This document shows positions 27,346-39,026 of a DNA stretch of 64,000 nt, piece by piece. Position 1 is the first letter of the stretch; the number at the start of each line of letters is the position of its first letter. Under the pieces are notes generated by a model. The model was given only the letters and a program-made list of their open reading frames with translations, had not been told where the DNA came from and did no database searches. Origin of the DNA: Candidatus Geohabitans tengchongensis (GTDB taxonomy: Bacteria; Sysuimicrobiota; Sysuimicrobiia; Sysuimicrobiales; Humicultoraceae); the NCBI GenBank assembly GCA_031459625.1, contig JAVKIH010000002.1:252061-316060 (forward strand), written 5' to 3'. The translations under genes were made by a program, and so were the position numbers.

Positions 27346-29043
27346 CTACATGCGCTCCGGGGCGGCCACCCCGATGAGCGCCAGCGTGCGACGCAGGGCG
27401 ATGCGCACCGCCTCCACCAGGACCAGCCGCGCCGCCGTCAGCGCGGGGTCGTCGGAGAGGACCCGGCACTGGGTGTAGAAGCCGTGGAAGGCGGCGGCCA
27501 GGTCCCGGGCGTAGGCCGGCAGGCGCTGCGGCTCCCGGCGCATCCCGGCCTGGTAGACCACCTCCGGCAGCTCGGCCAGCGCGTGGATGAGCGCCGCCTC
27601 GCTGGGGTCGACGAGCTGCCCGAGGTCGGCGTCGTGCACGGCCGCCGCGTCCAGCGTGCCCGCCTGCACCCACCGCCGTCCGTGCGGGTGCCCCTCCGCC
27701 TCCCGCAGGATGCTGCAGATGCGGGCGTAGGCGTACTGGACGTAGTAGACGGGGTTGTCCTGGCTCTGCTGGCGGGCCAGCTGCCAGTCGAAGTCCATCG
27801 GCACCGAGGGGCTGACCATGCAGAAGAAGTAGCGGGCGGCGTCGCGCCCCACGGCGTCGAGGAGGTCCTGCAGCGTCACGTACTCGCCCCGCCGCCGGGA
27901 CATGCGCAGCAGCTCCCCCTCGTTACGCAGCCGGACGTGCTGGTAGAGGAGGAACTCCACCCGCGAGGGGTCCACGCCCAGGGCCTGCAGGCCGCCGCGC
28001 ACCCGGGCCACGTCGCCGGCGTGGTCCACCCCCCAGACGTCGATGAGCAGGTCGAAGCCCCGCTCGAGCTTGTTCAGGTGGTAGGGGATGTCGGCGGCGT
28101 AGTACATCGGCCACCCGGTGCTGCGGATGATCACCCGGTCCTTGTCGTCCCCGAACAGCGTCGAGCGGAACCACACCGCCCCGTCCTGCTCGTAGAGGAA
28201 GCCCCGCTCCCGCAGCGCCGCCAGGACGCGGTCCACCGCCCCCTGCTCGTAGAGGGACCGCTCGCTGAACCAGACGTCGAAGAAGATGCCGAACTGCTCG
28301 AGGGTGCGGCGGATGTCGGCCAGGCACCAGGCCACGGCGAAGTCGCGGAGGGCGGCCACGCGGGTCTCCGGGTCGCGGTGCACCCAGGCCTCTCCGTCGC
28401 GCTCGACCAGCGCTCGGGCGATCTCGCGCACGTACTCCCCCCGGTAGCCGTCCTCGGGGAAGGGGGTGGCGATGCCGAAGTGCGCCAGGTAGTGGTGCTC
28501 CACCGACTGCCCCAGCGTGTGGACCAGCAGGCCGGCGTCGTTCACGTAGTACTCGCGGGTCACCGCGTAGCCCAGCGCCGCCAGGAGGTTGGCCAGCACG
28601 TCGCCGATCACCCCGTTGCGCCCGCTGCCGATGTGCAGGGGGCCGGTGGGGTTGGCGCTGACGTACTCCACGTTCACCCGCCGGCCCGCGCCCACGTCGT
28701 GCGACCCGTAGCGGTCCCCCTGGGCGTGGACGTGGCGGACCAGCGCCTGCAGCCAGGCCGAGGCGATGAAGAAGTTGATGAAGCCCGGGCCGGCCACTTC
28801 GACGCGTTCGACCTGGTCTGGGGAGCAGTCGAGCGCCTCGACGATGGCCCGGGCCACCTCCCGAGGCGGCCGCCCCACGCGGCGCGCCAGCACGAGCGGC
28901 AGGTTGGTGGCGAAGTCGGCGTGGCGCCGTCCCCGCGGCTGCTCCACCTCGACCGGCGGCACCTCGACCGGCGGCAGGCGGCCGGCGGCGATCGCCCGCC
29001 GGACGGCGGCCTCGAGGTGGCGGCGGAGGGCGTCCTTGAACAC
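27346..29043 (-). CDS. argS: Arginine--tRNA ligase
   Basis: GPGFINF, SANPTGPLHIG, MSRRRG, NPVYYVQYAYAR, APERM. Confidence 0.97.
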   Translation of the reverse strand: MFKDALRRHLEAAVRRAIAAGRLPPVEVPPVEVEQPRGRRHADFATNLPLVLARRVGRPPREVARAIVEALDCSPDQVERVEVAGPGFINFFIASAWLQALVRHVHAQGDRYGSHDVGAGRRVNVEYVSANPTGPLHIGSGRNGVIGDVLANLLAALGYAVTREYYVNDAGLLVHTLGQSVEHHYLAHFGIATPFPEDGYRGEYVREIARALVERDGEAWVHRDPETRVAALRDFAVAWCLADIRRTLEQFGIFFDVWFSERSLYEQGAVDRVLAALRERGFLYEQDGAVWFRSTLFGDDKDRVIIRSTGWPMYYAADIPYHLNKLERGFDLLIDVWGVDHAGDVARVRGGLQALGVDPSRVEFLLYQHVRLRNEGELLRMSRRRGEYVTLQDLLDAVGRDAARYFFCMVSPSVPMDFDWQLARQQSQDNPVYYVQYAYARICSILREAEGHPHGRRWVQAGTLDAAAVHDADLGQLVDPSEAALIHALAELPEVVYQAGMRREPQRLPAYARDLAAAFHGFYTQCRVLSDDPALTAARLVLVEAVRIALRRTLALIGVAAPERM

Positions 29044-30686
29044 TATGCCCGCACGATACCATGCCCGGCGGGATAGTGGCCGGGGATCGTCACCGGCAGG
29101 CGTCCCCGCGGCGCCACGCGGCCGGTGAGCACGCGCGCGGCGGCCTCCAGCGTCGCCTGCCACCCGTAGGTGGCCAGGTAGGTCGGCGCCTCGGGGAGGG
29201 CGAGGAGGTCGTAGGGCGTCCCCGCGGCCACCACCAGGGCGGGTCTGCCCGCCGCCAGGGCGCGGTGCGCCACGGCCGTCTGCCAGGGATCGGGGCGGCC
29301 GCGGCTGGTGGTGACGACCACCACCACCTCCCCCGCCGCCACCTCGCCGTCCCAGGGCGCCCCCGCGGGGAGCACGACCTCGGTGACGGTGCGCCCGCAC
29401 GCCTGCAGGGCGGCGCCCAGCGACGGGGAGGGGACGCGCTGGGCCAGGTCGCCGGGATCGCTGCGCGGCGGTGGCGGGAGGAGCGTGAGCACCCGCAGCG
29501 GTGCTGGCGGCAGGGGGACGAGCCCGGCGTCGTCGCGCACCACCGTCACCGCCCGGTCGGCGATGGCGGCCACGGTCTGCTGCCGCGCGGGGTCGGCGAG
29601 CACGGCCTCCACGTCCCCGCCCGATCCGACCGCCCCGGCTCCCGATCCGGCCGCGCCGGCCTCAGACCCGTCCGCGGCGATCCCGCGCCGCGTCGGCGCG
29701 ACCAGGCGGCGCAGCCGCCTGAGCCGCGCATGCGAGGCCTCTAGCCGCTCGCGCGTGAGCACGCCCGCCTCCACCGCGTCGGCCACCGCGCGCAGCACCG
29801 CCTCCTGGACCGCCGGCCCGCCGCAGGCGAGCAGCAGGTCGGCACCGGCCCCAAGCGCCTGCACGGCGGCCGGACCGACCCCCATCCCCTCGGCGATGGG
29901 GGCCATGGCCAGGGAGTCGGTGACGATCACCCCGTCGAATCCCCACCGGCGGCGCAGCAGTCCGTCCAGCACCGCGGGGGAGAGCGTGGCGGGGAGCCGC
30001 CCCGCGTCGGCGGCGAAGGCCACGTGGGCCGTCATGAGGGCCGGGAGGCCCTCGGCGACCAGCGCGCGGAAGGGGACGAACTCCACCGCCTCGAGGCGGT
30101 CCTGCGGGTGGGGGATCACCGGCAGCGCCTCGTGGGAGTCCACGTCGGTGTCGCCGTGCCCCGGGAAGTGCTTGCCCGTCGGCACCACTCCTTCGGCCAG
30201 GAGGCCGCGGGCGAAGGCCCCCGCCAGGCGCGCGACCAGGGCCGGGTCGTCGCCGTAGGCGCGGATGCCGATCACCGGGTTGCGCAGGTTGGTGTTCACG
30301 TCCAGCACCGGGGCAAAGTCCACGTTCACCCCGGCGGCGCGCAGGACGCGACCGGTGAGCCGCCCGGCCGCCAGGGCCAGGTCGGGGTCCCCGGTAGCCC
30401 CCAGGGCCATGGCGCTCGGCAGCCCCACCGGCAGGCGCTCCACCGGGCCCCCTTCCTGGTCGGCGGCGATGAGCAGCGGCGGCAACCCCGCCCGGGCGGC
30501 CAGCGCCTGCAGGGCGGCGCACAGCCGGGCCACCTGAGCGGGGTGCTGCACGTTCTTGCGGAAGAGGATGACCCCGCCGAGCCCGTGGGCGGCCACGAGC
30601 TGACGCAGCCACGGGGTGGGCTCGGGGCCGTCGAAGTCGGCCATGAGGAGCTGGCCCATCAGCGGGCCGGTGGGGAGGACGCGCAA
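29043..30686 (-). CDS. nagZ: Beta-N-acetylhexosaminidase (GH3)
   Basis: GGVILF, DQEGG, KHFPGHGDTDVDSH, TDSLAM. Confidence 0.92.
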   Translation of the reverse strand: MRVLPTGPLMGQLLMADFDGPEPTPWLRQLVAAHGLGGVILFRKNVQHPAQVARLCAALQALAARAGLPPLLIAADQEGGPVERLPVGLPSAMALGATGDPDLALAAGRLTGRVLRAAGVNVDFAPVLDVNTNLRNPVIGIRAYGDDPALVARLAGAFARGLLAEGVVPTGKHFPGHGDTDVDSHEALPVIPHPQDRLEAVEFVPFRALVAEGLPALMTAHVAFAADAGRLPATLSPAVLDGLLRRRWGFDGVIVTDSLAMAPIAEGMGVGPAAVQALGAGADLLLACGGPAVQEAVLRAVADAVEAGVLTRERLEASHARLRRLRRLVAPTRRGIAADGSEAGAAGSGAGAVGSGGDVEAVLADPARQQTVAAIADRAVTVVRDDAGLVPLPPAPLRVLTLLPPPPRSDPGDLAQRVPSPSLGAALQACGRTVTEVVLPAGAPWDGEVAAGEVVVVVTTSRGRPDPWQTAVAHRALAAGRPALVVAAGTPYDLLALPEAPTYLATYGWQATLEAAARVLTGRVAPRGRLPVTIPGHYPAGHGIVRA

Positions 30687-30728
30687 GGGGTCAGCCGTGG
30701 GGCGGACGCGTCGGGCCGACGGCGGGGA

Positions 30729-31967
30729 TCAGGTGCGCAGTTCGGTGAGGGTGACCGTCACCGTCAGGCGGCGGCCATCCCGCACGACCTCCACGCGCAC
30801 GCGGTCGCCCGGCTTGTAGTCGAAGAGGGTGCGGCGCAGCTCGTTGATGTTCTCGATGCGCCGGCCGTTGATGGCCACGATGATGTCGCCGGGCCGGATG
30901 CCGGCGGCGGCGGCCGGGCCGCCCGGCGGGACGTCCGCCACGAGCACCCCGTAGTCCACCGGGAGGTTGTAGGCCCGGGCGATCTGCGGGTCGATCTCCC
31001 CGCCCAGGATGATGCCCAGGGCCGGACGGACCACCCGTCCCTGGGTGATCAACTGGCGCATGATCGCCTGGGCGATGTCCACCGGGATGGCGAAGCCGAT
31101 CCCCTGGGCCTCGCGGACGATGGCGGTGTTGATGCCGATGAGCCGCCCGCTGCTGTCCACGAGCGCCCCGCCGCTGTTGCCGGGGTTGATGGCCGCGTCT
31201 GTCTGGATCAGGCTCTCCACGACGAAGTTCGGGCTGATCTGGATCGACCGGTTGAGGGCGCTGACCACCCCCACCGTCACGCTACTGCCCAGCCCGAAGG
31301 GGTTGCCGATGGCGATGGCCAGCTGCCCCACCTTGATCGTGCGGCTGGTGCCCATCTGGACCACGGGGAGCTGACGCTGGCCGTCCACCTTGATCACGGC
31401 CAGGTCGGTGAAGGGGTCGGCACCCACGACGCGACCGCGCAGCTCCTGCCCGCTCACCAGCGTGACGGTGATCTCCTGGGCCCCCTGGATGACGTGGTGG
31501 TTGGTGAGGATGAGCCCGTCGGACCGCACGATCACCCCGGAGCCTGCCCCTTCCTGCGGGTAGACCCCGAAGAAGGTGGGGACCTGGGCGCGGGTGTTGA
31601 TGTTCACCACGGCCGGCCGCACCATCTCCACCACGCGCACGATGGTGGCCTCCATGTTGGCGCCGCCGGGCGGCGCGGGCGCCGGAGCGGCCATCGGCGG
31701 GACAGGCGGTGCCACGCCGGGTGCGCTGCCACCGGGCGCGACGCCGCCAGGTGCGACACCGCCAGGTGCAGAGCCGCCAGGTGCGGTACCGCCGGGTGCG
31801 GCCTGCCCGGGCGCGGAGGCGCGCCCGCGCGCCTCCACCAGCCCAGGGAAGTAGCGCGGCAGGTACGTGGCGCCGAGCGCTGCTCCGGCGGCGACGGCCA
31901 CGAGCAGCACCAGGACGATGAACGTGAAGCCCGGCGCAGGGCGCCGGGGACGCGTGGTGAGGCTCAT
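30729..31967 (-). CDS. htrA: HtrA/DegP-family serine protease with PDZ domain
   Basis: N-terminal TM; TNHHV, DLAV, QTDAAINPGNSGG; C-terminal PDZ. Confidence 0.93.
   Translation of the reverse strand: MSLTTRPRRPAPGFTFIVLVLLVAVAAGAALGATYLPRYFPGLVEARGRASAPGQAAPGGTAPGGSAPGGVAPGGVAPGGSAPGVAPPVPPMAAPAPAPPGGANMEATIVRVVEMVRPAVVNINTRAQVPTFFGVYPQEGAGSGVIVRSDGLILTNHHVIQGAQEITVTLVSGQELRGRVVGADPFTDLAVIKVDGQRQLPVVQMGTSRTIKVGQLAIAIGNPFGLGSSVTVGVVSALNRSIQISPNFVVESLIQTDAAINPGNSGGALVDSSGRLIGINTAIVREAQGIGFAIPVDIAQAIMRQLITQGRVVRPALGIILGGEIDPQIARAYNLPVDYGVLVADVPPGGPAAAAGIRPGDIIVAINGRRIENINELRRTLFDYKPGDRVRVEVVRDGRRLTVTVTLTELRT
31711..31815 (-). repeat. 15-bp coding tandem repeat (xAPGG)n in the HtrA linker
   Basis: APGQAAPGGTAPGGSAPGGVAPGGVAPGGSAPGVAP. 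Confidence 0.85.
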
Positions 31968-32066
31968 GCGCTCGACCTCCGTTCCCCCATTATATCCCTC
32001 TATCCCCACCCCAGGGCGTCGCCAGCCACACCCGCGCGGTCGGCGATGGTATAATCGCCACGCGCT

Positions 32067-32918
32067 ATGGCTCCCTGGCTGCGTCGGCCAAAGTACGCTT
32101 CCCTCCAGCGCAGGGACATGCCCGCCGGCCTGTGGGCGAAGTGCGCGCGCTGCCGCCAGCTGGTCTACCAGAAGGAGCTCGACCGCCACCTGCAGGTGTG
32201 TCCGCGCTGCGGCTATCACCACCGGCTGGGCGCGCGGGAGCGCATCGCCCTCACCCTCGATGCCGGGAGCTTCACCGAGTTCGACGCGGAGCTGACCTCC
32301 AGGGATCCGCTCCAGTTCCCCGACTACGCGGCGAAGCTGGCGGAGGCCCGGCGGCGGACGGGGCTGGCCGAAGCGGCCGTGGCGGGGGTGGGGGCGGTCG
32401 ACGGGCAGCGCACCGTGGTCGTGGCCCTGGACTTCTTCTTCATGGGCGGCTCCATGGGGTCGGCGGTGGGCGAGAAGGTGGCCCGCGCCGCCGAGCGCGC
32501 CCTGGCCGAGCGGCTGCCCCTCGTCGCCTTCTGCGCCTCGGGCGGGGCCCGCATGCAGGAGGGGGCGCTCTCGCTGATGCAGCTGGCCAAGACGAGCGCG
32601 GCCATCGCCCGGCTGCACGAGGCCGGGCTCCCCTACCTCTCCGTGCTGTGCGACCCCACCACCGGCGGCGTGGCCGCCTCCTTTGCCTTTCAGGGCGACG
32701 TCATCCTGGCCGAGCCCGGAGCGCTCATCGGCTTCGCCGGCCGCCGCGTCATCGAGCAGACCATCCGCCGCAAGCTGCCCGAGACCTTCCAGACCGCCGA
32801 GTTCTGCCTGGAGCACGGGATGATCGACATGATCGTCCCGCGCGCCGAGCTGCGCGGGCGGCTGGGCCTGCTGCTGCGCACCTTCGGCGCCTCGCGTCCC
32901 GTCCCGGTCCCGGTATGA
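32067..32918 (+). CDS. accD: Acetyl-CoA carboxylase carboxyltransferase beta subunit
   Basis: Zn finger CARC...CPRC, GGSMGS, SGGARMQE, PTTGGV. Confidence 0.97.
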   Translation: MAPWLRRPKYASLQRRDMPAGLWAKCARCRQLVYQKELDRHLQVCPRCGYHHRLGARERIALTLDAGSFTEFDAELTSRDPLQFPDYAAKLAEARRRTGLAEAAVAGVGAVDGQRTVVVALDFFFMGGSMGSAVGEKVARAAERALAERLPLVAFCASGGARMQEGALSLMQLAKTSAAIARLHEAGLPYLSVLCDPTTGGVAASFAFQGDVILAEPGALIGFAGRRVIEQTIRRKLPETFQTAEFCLEHGMIDMIVPRAELRGRLGLLLRTFGASRPVPVPV

Positions 32919-33799
32919 CCCTGCCGCTCGACGCCACCAGCCCCGCGCCCGGGGACGCGGCGCACCCGCCGGGCGCCCCGGCGGTCGTGCGCCCCTCCGC
33001 CTGGGAGGTCGTGCAGCTGGCACGCCACGCCCAGCGTCCCAAGGCCCCCGACGTCGTGCGCGCCCTCCTCACCGACCTGGTGGAGGTGCACGGCGACCGC
33101 GCGTACCGCGACGACCCGGCCATGCTGGCGGGGTTCGGCTGGTTCGACGGGCAGCCGGTGGCCGTGGTGGCCCCGCGCAAGGGCCGCGACACCCGCGAGA
33201 ACCTGGCGTTCAACTTCGGGATGCCCAACCCGGAGGGGTACCGCAAGGCCATCCGGGTGATGCGGCTCGCGGAGAAGTTCGGCCTCCCCCTGCTGAGCGT
33301 CGTCGACACCCCGGCCGCCTTCCCCGGCGACGAGGCGGAGATGCGCGGCCAGGCCGAGGCGATCGCCCGGGCCATCCAGACGATGACCCGCCTGCGCGTC
33401 CCCATCGTGGTGGTGATCACCGGGGAAGGCGGCAGCGGCGGGGCGCTGGCCATCGCCGTGGGCGACGTGGTGCTCATGCTGGAGTACGCGACCTACACCG
33501 TCATCCCGCCCGAAGGGTGCGCGGCCATCCTCTGGCGCGACGCCGCCCGCGCCCGGGAGGCGGCGGAGGCGCTGCACCTCACCGCCCCCGACCTGCTCCG
33601 CCTGGGGGTGATCGACGAGATCGTCCCCGAACCCCCCGGCGGCGCGCACCTCGATCCCGATGCTGCCATCGCGTCGGTACGCGCGGCCGTGGCGCGCCAC
33701 CTGCGCGCGCTGCGCGGCATCGACCCGGCGGCCTTGCTGGCCCGCCGCTACGAGAAGTACCGCCGCATGGGGCAGGTGCTGGTCGAGGGCGATGGCTGA
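32915..33799 (+). CDS. accA: Acetyl-CoA carboxylase carboxyltransferase alpha subunit
   Basis: [35 protein letters not shown]. Confidence 0.97.
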   Translation: MTLPLDATSPAPGDAAHPPGAPAVVRPSAWEVVQLARHAQRPKAPDVVRALLTDLVEVHGDRAYRDDPAMLAGFGWFDGQPVAVVAPRKGRDTRENLAFNFGMPNPEGYRKAIRVMRLAEKFGLPLLSVVDTPAAFPGDEAEMRGQAEAIARAIQTMTRLRVPIVVVITGEGGSGGALAIAVGDVVLMLEYATYTVIPPEGCAAILWRDAARAREAAEALHLTAPDLLRLGVIDEIVPEPPGGAHLDPDAAIASVRAAVARHLRALRGIDPAALLARRYEKYRRMGQVLVEGDG

Positions 33800-34373
33800 G
33801 ACGCCCGGTCCCGACCTCGAGGTGGTGCGGGCGCTCATCCGCCTGGCCGAGGAAGCCGACCTGCGCGAGCTGGTCGTGGAGGCGGGCGGCGTGCGCGTGC
33901 GCATCCGGCGGGGTGTCGCGGCCCGGCGGCCGGGAGCGGCGGCCGGGCCCGCGGCGGCCAGGGGGGCGGCCGGGCCCGCGGCGGTCAGGTCCGCGGCGGC
34001 CCGGTCCGCGGCGGCCCCGGAGGAGGTCCCGGCCCCGTACGCCGCCTTCGGTGAGGGGCTGGAGGAGCCGTTCGCACCGGCGGGTCCTGCGGGCGAGGGC
34101 GAGGACCGCCTGGCCGAGACCGACCACCTGCGCCCCATCACCGCGCCCATGGTCGGCACCTTCTACCGCGCGCCGGCACCGGACGCCCCGCCCTTCGTGA
34201 ACGAGGGCGACGTGGTGCAGCCGGGCCAGACGGTCTGCATCATCGAGGCGATGAAGCTCTTTAACGAAATCCAGAGCGAGGTGGCCGGCCGGGTGGCCCG
34301 CATCCTGGTGGAGAACGGCAGCCCGGTGGAGTACGGCCAGCCGCTCATCCTCATCGAACCCGCCTCCGGCTGA
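33792..34373 (+). CDS. accB: Biotin carboxyl carrier protein
   Basis: [17 protein letters not shown] biotinylation motif; Ala-rich repetitive linker. Confidence 0.96.
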   Translation: MAETPGPDLEVVRALIRLAEEADLRELVVEAGGVRVRIRRGVAARRPGAAAGPAAARGAAGPAAVRSAAARSAAAPEEVPAPYAAFGEGLEEPFAPAGPAGEGEDRLAETDHLRPITAPMVGTFYRAPAPDAPPFVNEGDVVQPGQTVCIIEAMKLFNEIQSEVAGRVARILVENGSPVEYGQPLILIEPASG

Positions 34374-34376
34374 ACC

Positions 34377-35725
<1,349 letters not shown>

Positions 35726-35729
<4 letters not shown>

Positions 35730-37660
35730 CCGCGGGTGGCGCGCCTGGCTGGCCCGGTCCAGCCAGGGCCGCGCGATCCCCCGGACGGCGGATGGGCCGG
35801 TGCCCGATCCCGCAAGTACAGGTCGAACCACTCGAGCATGTCCAGCAGCATGTGCCGCACGTTGGCCGGAGAGAGCACGTAGTAGGTCTCATTCGGGTAG
35901 ACCTTGTACTGGAACGTCTTGTACGCGCGTTCCAGCGCCCGGGCGAACTCCAGGCCCGCGTCGCTCCACGGCCACTTGCCCTCGCCATGGAGGACGAAGC
36001 ACGGGGTCGTGGCCCGCGCCACCTGGTAGATCGGCGAGCAGCGGTAGTAGACCTCCTCGTTGCCTTCCAGCGGGCCGCCAAACTCGTACTCCAGCAGCTT
36101 GACGTGGCGCAGCTCGAGGTCGTGATAATGGCGGACCCAGTTGGCATAGCCGGAACAGACCACGGCCGCCTGGAACTCCTCCGGCGCGAAGCAGACCGCC
36201 GACATCGTCAGGCAGCCGCCGTAGCTGGTTCCGGTGATCCCCGTGTGGTGGGGATCCACCTCCGGCAGCGTGGCCAGGAAGCGCTTGCCGGCAATGGCAT
36301 CACGGAGATCGCCGCCGCCCCAGTCTCTGTTGTTCAGGTCTTCGAAGGCGCGCCCGTACCCGGAGCTGCCCCGGACGTTGGGGAGGAGCACCGTGTACCC
36401 GTGCATGGCAAAGAACTGGACCGACGGCTGGAAGGTGTCCAGGAACTGGGACGTGGGCCCGCCGTGGAGCCAGAGCAGGCCCGGGCTGCGCTCCCCCGGC
36501 ATCAGGCCGCGGCCCCGGTACAGATACGCCGTAATCGTCAGGCCGTCGTCGGCGGCGTAGTGAACCTTCTCCGGGCGCACCAGGGCGGAAGCGGCCCACG
36601 GGGGCAGGGACGCCGTCAGGGCGCGCGTCCGGCCGGTTTCCACGTCGACCACCCAGAGGTCCTGAGGCGCGGTGGTCGTCTGGAACAGGTAGCAGATCTG
36701 GCGCCCGTCGGGGGACCACTGCGGGAAGGCACAGACCCCGTCCTCGGGGTCCACGAGCACCCGCGGCTCGCCGCCGGAGACCGGCGCGACCCGCAGCTGG
36801 AGCGTCCCGTCGTGGTTCTCGACGTAGGCGACGAACCGCCCATCCGGCGACCAGGCGGCCTCCCCCTGGTCCGCCGCCGCCGGCGCCACCGCCCGCAGGT
36901 CGCCGCCGTCGATCGGGACGATGTAGAAGTTGAACCAGCCTGACCGCTGCGACCGGATCAGCAGGTGCCTCCCGTCCGGCGAGGGCAGCGGCGTGCCGAA
37001 CGTCCGACCGTAGTGGTAGTCGAACATGTCGGTGTCGCGCACCACCACCCGCGCGTTGCCGCCGTCGAGGTCGATGAGGATGACGTCGTGGTCGGTCCAG
37101 GCCTCGTTGAGGCGGACGAACACGATGTGCTGGCCGTCGGGCAGGAAGGCCGGGTACACCTCGTACCGGGGATCGGAGGTGAGTCGGACGGCCTCGCCCG
37201 AGGGGACGGCCACCCGGTAGATGTCGTACTGGCCGTACCGGTTCCCCGAGAGCACGAGGCTGCGGCCGTCGGGGGCCCACCGGAACGCCTCGATGGCGCC
37301 GCCCAGGCGCGTCAATCGCTGATCCGGCCCGCGGAGACTCCAGAGCCAGATTTCCGGCGTGCCGCTCTTGGCCGAGATGTAGGCGACGTACTCGCCCGTC
37401 GGCGACCACTGCGGCATCCGCGCACCCAGGAACGGGATCTCGCCCATCCCGGTTGTCAACCGTACCGGGGCGCCGCCGGACGGTGAGACGCTCCACAGTT
37501 CGGGTTCGCCCGCCATCGCCGAGACGAAGAGGATGGCCGACCCGTCCGGCGCCCACTGCGGAGGTTCGGGCAACGCGGCCGGGCGGATGGCCAGGAGCTG
37601 ATCGAGGCTCAACGTCGGCAGGACATCCGTCACGCGGGGAACACCAGTCCTCTGATGCAT
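35726..37660 (-). CDS. S9 family peptidase with TolB/WD40-like propeller
   Basis: Repeated WSPDG motifs; HGGP, RGSSGYG, GTSYGG nucleophile elbow. Confidence 0.88.
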
Positions 37661-37706
37661 CGCAACCTCCTCCCCTCCTCCGGCCCGGGCAGGCTCGGAG
37701 CCGCCG

Positions 37707-39026
37707 TCACCGCCCGGCCGCCTCCGGCAGGCCTACCGGAGCCCCCACCGTCCCACGCACGAAGCCCAGCAGGAGGAGTACCTCCACCCCCTGGGCGAGG
37801 ACCATCGCCCATGCCGCCACCAGGATGCCCGGCCCCCCTGCCAGCGCTCCCAGGGTGAGCACGATCCCCAGGACGACCAGGTGGGCGGCCATGGCCTGCT
37901 GGACCCGACCGGTGCGATGGGCGGCGATCAGGGCACCCCGGTAGAGGTTGCGCAGCCCGAGCAGCCACGGCAGCGCCACCATCGTGCGCAGACCCGCTAC
38001 GGTGGCGTCGCGCAGCGGAGGGGACAGGCTGATGATCCGGCCCACGTAGAGGTCCACCAGGGGGGTGAAGGCCACCAGCGCCAGGACGGCGGTACACCCG
38101 AGCCCGGTCCACAGCACGAAGCGGGTGACCACCGCGGGGCCTCCGGCGCGCTCCTGGACGGCGACCACCATCTCCTGAAACGCCATCACGCCCGCCGCGA
38201 CGAGGTGCATGAACCCGTTGGCCACGGGCCAGGCCGCCAGGGAGACACCCGGCAGCGCGGCACGGGCGATCCCCGCGGTGACCATGGGGCGGGCGATCAC
38301 GCGCATGAGGTCGGTGGCCGCCAGCGGCAGGCAAAAGCGCACGATCGCTGCACTGGTCAGCCCACCGGAGGGCCCCGGGGGCAGCTGACGCACCCGGGGC
38401 AGAGCCCACAGGGTGATGATCACCGCCTCGACCACTACGCTCGCCGACAGGGCGATGGCACCCATCGTCGCCCCGGGCAGCCTCGCCGCCACGCCCAGGA
38501 GGACGGTCCCGGTGAGGGCGGCCAGCCGGCTCAGCGTGCCGTAGCCGATCAGACGGGGCGCGTTGGCCAGCAGCAGCGGGCCCTGGTAGAACCGGCGCCA
38601 GGCGATTGCCGGCACCCAGGGGAGCAACCACCGCAGGGCCGGCTTGGCCTCCGCCAGCACCGCGGGCGGGACCCCGATGAGGCCGGCGAGGACGACGTCG
38701 GACAGCCGGGTGAACGCCACGACAGTGAACAGCGCCGTGAGCGCGCCGGCCCAGATGAGCATGAACCGGCGCAAGAGGCGGTAGGCGGCCTGCGTCCGCG
38801 TCAGGGCCACCGAGGCCGAGAAGAGCATGATGATCGGGCTCTCGATCAGGACAGCCAGGTCGAGGGTGACGCCGAAAGCCGCCAGGTGCACGTCCGGGTG
38901 GCCCAGCCGGCTGATGCCGGCCGCCACCACCGGCTGCGCGACAGCCATCATGAGCCAGGACAGCGCCAGGGGGAGCCAGTACGCCACCAGGCGCGCCGTC
39001 GGCCACGAGGGTGCCGCGTCTGCCAT
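37707..39026 (-). CDS. MOP/MATE-superfamily membrane protein (ANKH-like)
   Basis: Two similar halves (PLALSWLMM..QPVVAAGISRL..LAAF / PLAATDLM..RPMVTAGIARA..LAAW); about 12 TM. Confidence 0.72.
   Translation of the reverse strand: MADAAPSWPTARLVAYWLPLALSWLMMAVAQPVVAAGISRLGHPDVHLAAFGVTLDLAVLIESPIIMLFSASVALTRTQAAYRLLRRFMLIWAGALTALFTVVAFTRLSDVVLAGLIGVPPAVLAEAKPALRWLLPWVPAIAWRRFYQGPLLLANAPRLIGYGTLSRLAALTGTVLLGVAARLPGATMGAIALSASVVVEAVIITLWALPRVRQLPPGPSGGLTSAAIVRFCLPLAATDLMRVIARPMVTAGIARAALPGVSLAAWPVANGFMHLVAAGVMAFQEMVVAVQERAGGPAVVTRFVLWTGLGCTAVLALVAFTPLVDLYVGRIISLSPPLRDATVAGLRTMVALPWLLGLRNLYRGALIAAHRTGRVQQAMAAHLVVLGIVLTLGALAGGPGILVAAWAMVLAQGVEVLLLLGFVRGTVGAPVGLPEAAGR

Noticed and set aside
33930..34020. 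Repeats in accB
   Set aside because: Ordinary Ala/Pro-rich BCCP linker.
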